Source: Thermotogota bacterium
Lineage (GTDB): Bacteria > Bipolaricaulota > Bipolaricaulia > UBA7950 > UBA9294
NCBI GenBank assembly: GCA_039679545.1
Contig: JBDKUT010000104.1
Location: 1-15,591 of the forward strand
Length of the DNA stretch: 15,591 nucleotides
Direction: 5' to 3'
The position numbers and the translations under genes are program-made. The notes beneath the pieces are model-generated. The model made no database searches. It was not told where the DNA came from and saw nothing but the letters and a program-made list of their open reading frames with translations. Of the stretch, positions 14,408-15,591 are shown in pieces; positions within the stretch are counted from its first letter, which is position 1, and each line of letters opens with the position of its first letter.

Positions 14408-14997
14408 GGGCGGGGTCCTTGGCAACCGAGCGCGCGCAGGGCGAACTCCGTCGCCCGTGCGAGTGCGGGCGGCATGTCGGCTGGCGCTGTCCCAGCGAGC
14501 TCGACGCTCTGGAGGCCGCCGAGCACGAACCACGCGGCGGCGCGTGCGTCCGAGACGCGGAAGACGCCCTCGGCGACGCCCTGCTCGATGATCGCCTCCA
14601 CGAGCGGGATGAGGCGGGGCGTCAGATCCTCGGCGAGGCGATCATGCAGGGCGCGGTTTTCGGGAAGGTGCATGAGCGTGATGATGTCGAGGGCGTCAGG
14701 CTGCGCAGCAAGGTTCGACAGGACGTTGCCGAGGATGTGCATCTTCTCGATGGCTGACGAGCCGGCGCCGACGCGCGCCGCCACTTCATCCATCATGGTG
14801 CTCCCGATGCGTTCGACCACGGCCAACAGAGCGTCGTCCTTGGAGGCGAAATAGAGGTAGAACGTCCCCTGCGCGACGCCGGCCGCCTTGACGATGTCGC
14901 TCACCGCTGTGTTGGCCACGCCGCGTCGGGCAAACAAGGTCGTGGCAGCCGAGACAAGCTCAGCGCGGCGGGCCTCACGATCTACGTTACGGGGCAT
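14404..14997 (-). CDS. TetR/AcrR-family transcriptional regulator
   Basis: HTH TAVSDIVKAAGVAQGTFYLYFASKD and C-terminal IIEQGVAEGVF. SD GGAGGAG upstream. Confidence 0.95.
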   Translation of the reverse strand: MPRNVDREARRAELVSAATTLFARRGVANTAVSDIVKAAGVAQGTFYLYFASKDDALLAVVERIGSTMMDEVAARVGAGSSAIEKMHILGNVLSNLAAQPDALDIITLMHLPENRALHDRLAEDLTPRLIPLVEAIIEQGVAEGVFRVSDARAAAWFVLGGLQSVELAGTAPADMPPALARATEFALRALGCQGPRP

Positions 14998-15029
14998 CGA
15001 GACTCCTCCAACCAGCTTCCGGCAGCAGT

Positions 15030-15046
15030 TGACTGACAGTCAGTCA
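15030..15046. promoter_or_regulatory. Putative TetR operator (perfect 8-1-8 palindrome)
   Basis: TGACTGAC-A-GTCAGTCA covers the predicted transcription start of the tetR operon. Confidence 0.8.
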
Positions 15047-15074
15047 GTATAGCTGGAAGGGACTTGAGCGTCAA
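15046..15074 (-). promoter_or_regulatory. Sigma-70 promoter of the tetR-ABC operon
   Basis: Minus strand TTGACG (15074-15069), 17 nt, TATACT (15051-15046). Near consensus in a GC-rich background. Confidence 0.8.
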
Positions 15075-15110
15075 CCGTGAGCTGGCGCTGCATCTGGGGA
15101 AGAGCTGGAA

Positions 15111-15139
15111 TTGAAGGACATGGGCGAACTCGCTATTGT
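15111..15139 (+). promoter_or_regulatory. Candidate sigma-70 promoter of the nitroreductase gene
   Basis: TTGAAG (15111-15116), 17 nt, TATTGT (15134-15139). Confidence 0.45.
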
Positions 15140-15171
15140 CGCACTCTCCTCCGATCAGAAAGGTGGCATCG

Positions 15172-15591
15172 ATGAACGAGACTCTGCGGACGATCCACTC
15201 TCTGCGAACGATTCACGGGGACTTCTCGGAACGAGACGTCACGGAAGCTGACTTGACGACGATTCTCGAGGCGAGCGTGCGCACGGCGAATGCCTCGGCT
15301 CGCCAGAGCTACGCGATCGTCGTGCTCGACGATCGAGCCAAGATGAAGGACCTCTTCTTCTACCGGGGCAGCCGAGCCCTCATCTACTGCGTCGACTACA
15401 CGCGCATCGCAGCCCTGGCGAAGCATCTCGGGCACGAGTTCAGTTGCGACGACATCGTCGGGTTCATCACCGGAACGATGGACACGATGCTCGCGGCCCA
15501 GACGGCGGTCATTGCCGCGAAGTCGCTCGGGATCGACTCCATGATCACGAACGGCCTGCATCGGAACAGCCTCGACAAGGTCTATGACGCT
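15172..15591 (+). CDS. Nitroreductase-family flavoprotein (NfsA/Frp-like), 5' part (runs off the window edge)
   Basis: Not in the ORF track. Manual translation gives MNETLRTIHSLRTIHGDFSERDVTEADLTTILEASVRTANASARQSYAIVV...DTMLAAQTAVIAAKSLGIDS..., open to the end. AAAGGTGG SD upstream. Confidence 0.88.
   Translation, partial: MNETLRTIHSLRTIHGDFSERDVTEADLTTILEASVRTANASARQSYAIVVLDDRAKMKDLFFYRGSRALIYCVDYTRIAALAKHLGHEFSCDDIVGFITGTMDTMLAAQTAVIAAKSLGIDSMITNGLHRNSLDKVYDA

Noticed and set aside
15012..15110. Repeated AGCTGG hexamers in the tetR-nitroreductase spacer as a repeat array
   Set aside because: Short, irregularly spaced and not CRISPR-like; compatible with chance.

Overview
High-GC bacterial chromosomal window, densely coding, with no rRNA, tRNA, CRISPR array or mobile element recognised. 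Left to right: a partial HAD hydrolase (-) divergent from rsmD-surE and a short comEA-type gene (+); a queuosine-salvage hydrolase (Qng1/DUF2419, -) back-to-back with an EamA/DMT transporter (+); and a long minus-strand run read right to left as aldehyde:ferredoxin oxidoreductase, two tandem ubiquitin-like MoaD/ThiS proteins (one without the Gly-Gly tail), a NeuD/PglD-type acetyltransferase, a PaaK/CapK-type adenylate-forming ligase, an ECF sigma factor, a zinc-finger anti-sigma factor and an uncharacterised repeat/coiled-coil ORF with two in-frame starts. These are followed by polX (+), a TetR-ABC exporter operon (-) with a clear promoter and palindromic operator, and a partial nitroreductase (+). 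The best candidates for something undescribed are the ECF operon with its four-copy helical-motif protein, the qng1/DMT divergon (possible queuosine transporter) and the non-GG ubiquitin-like protein beside AOR. All product calls come from motif recognition by eye; no searches were run.
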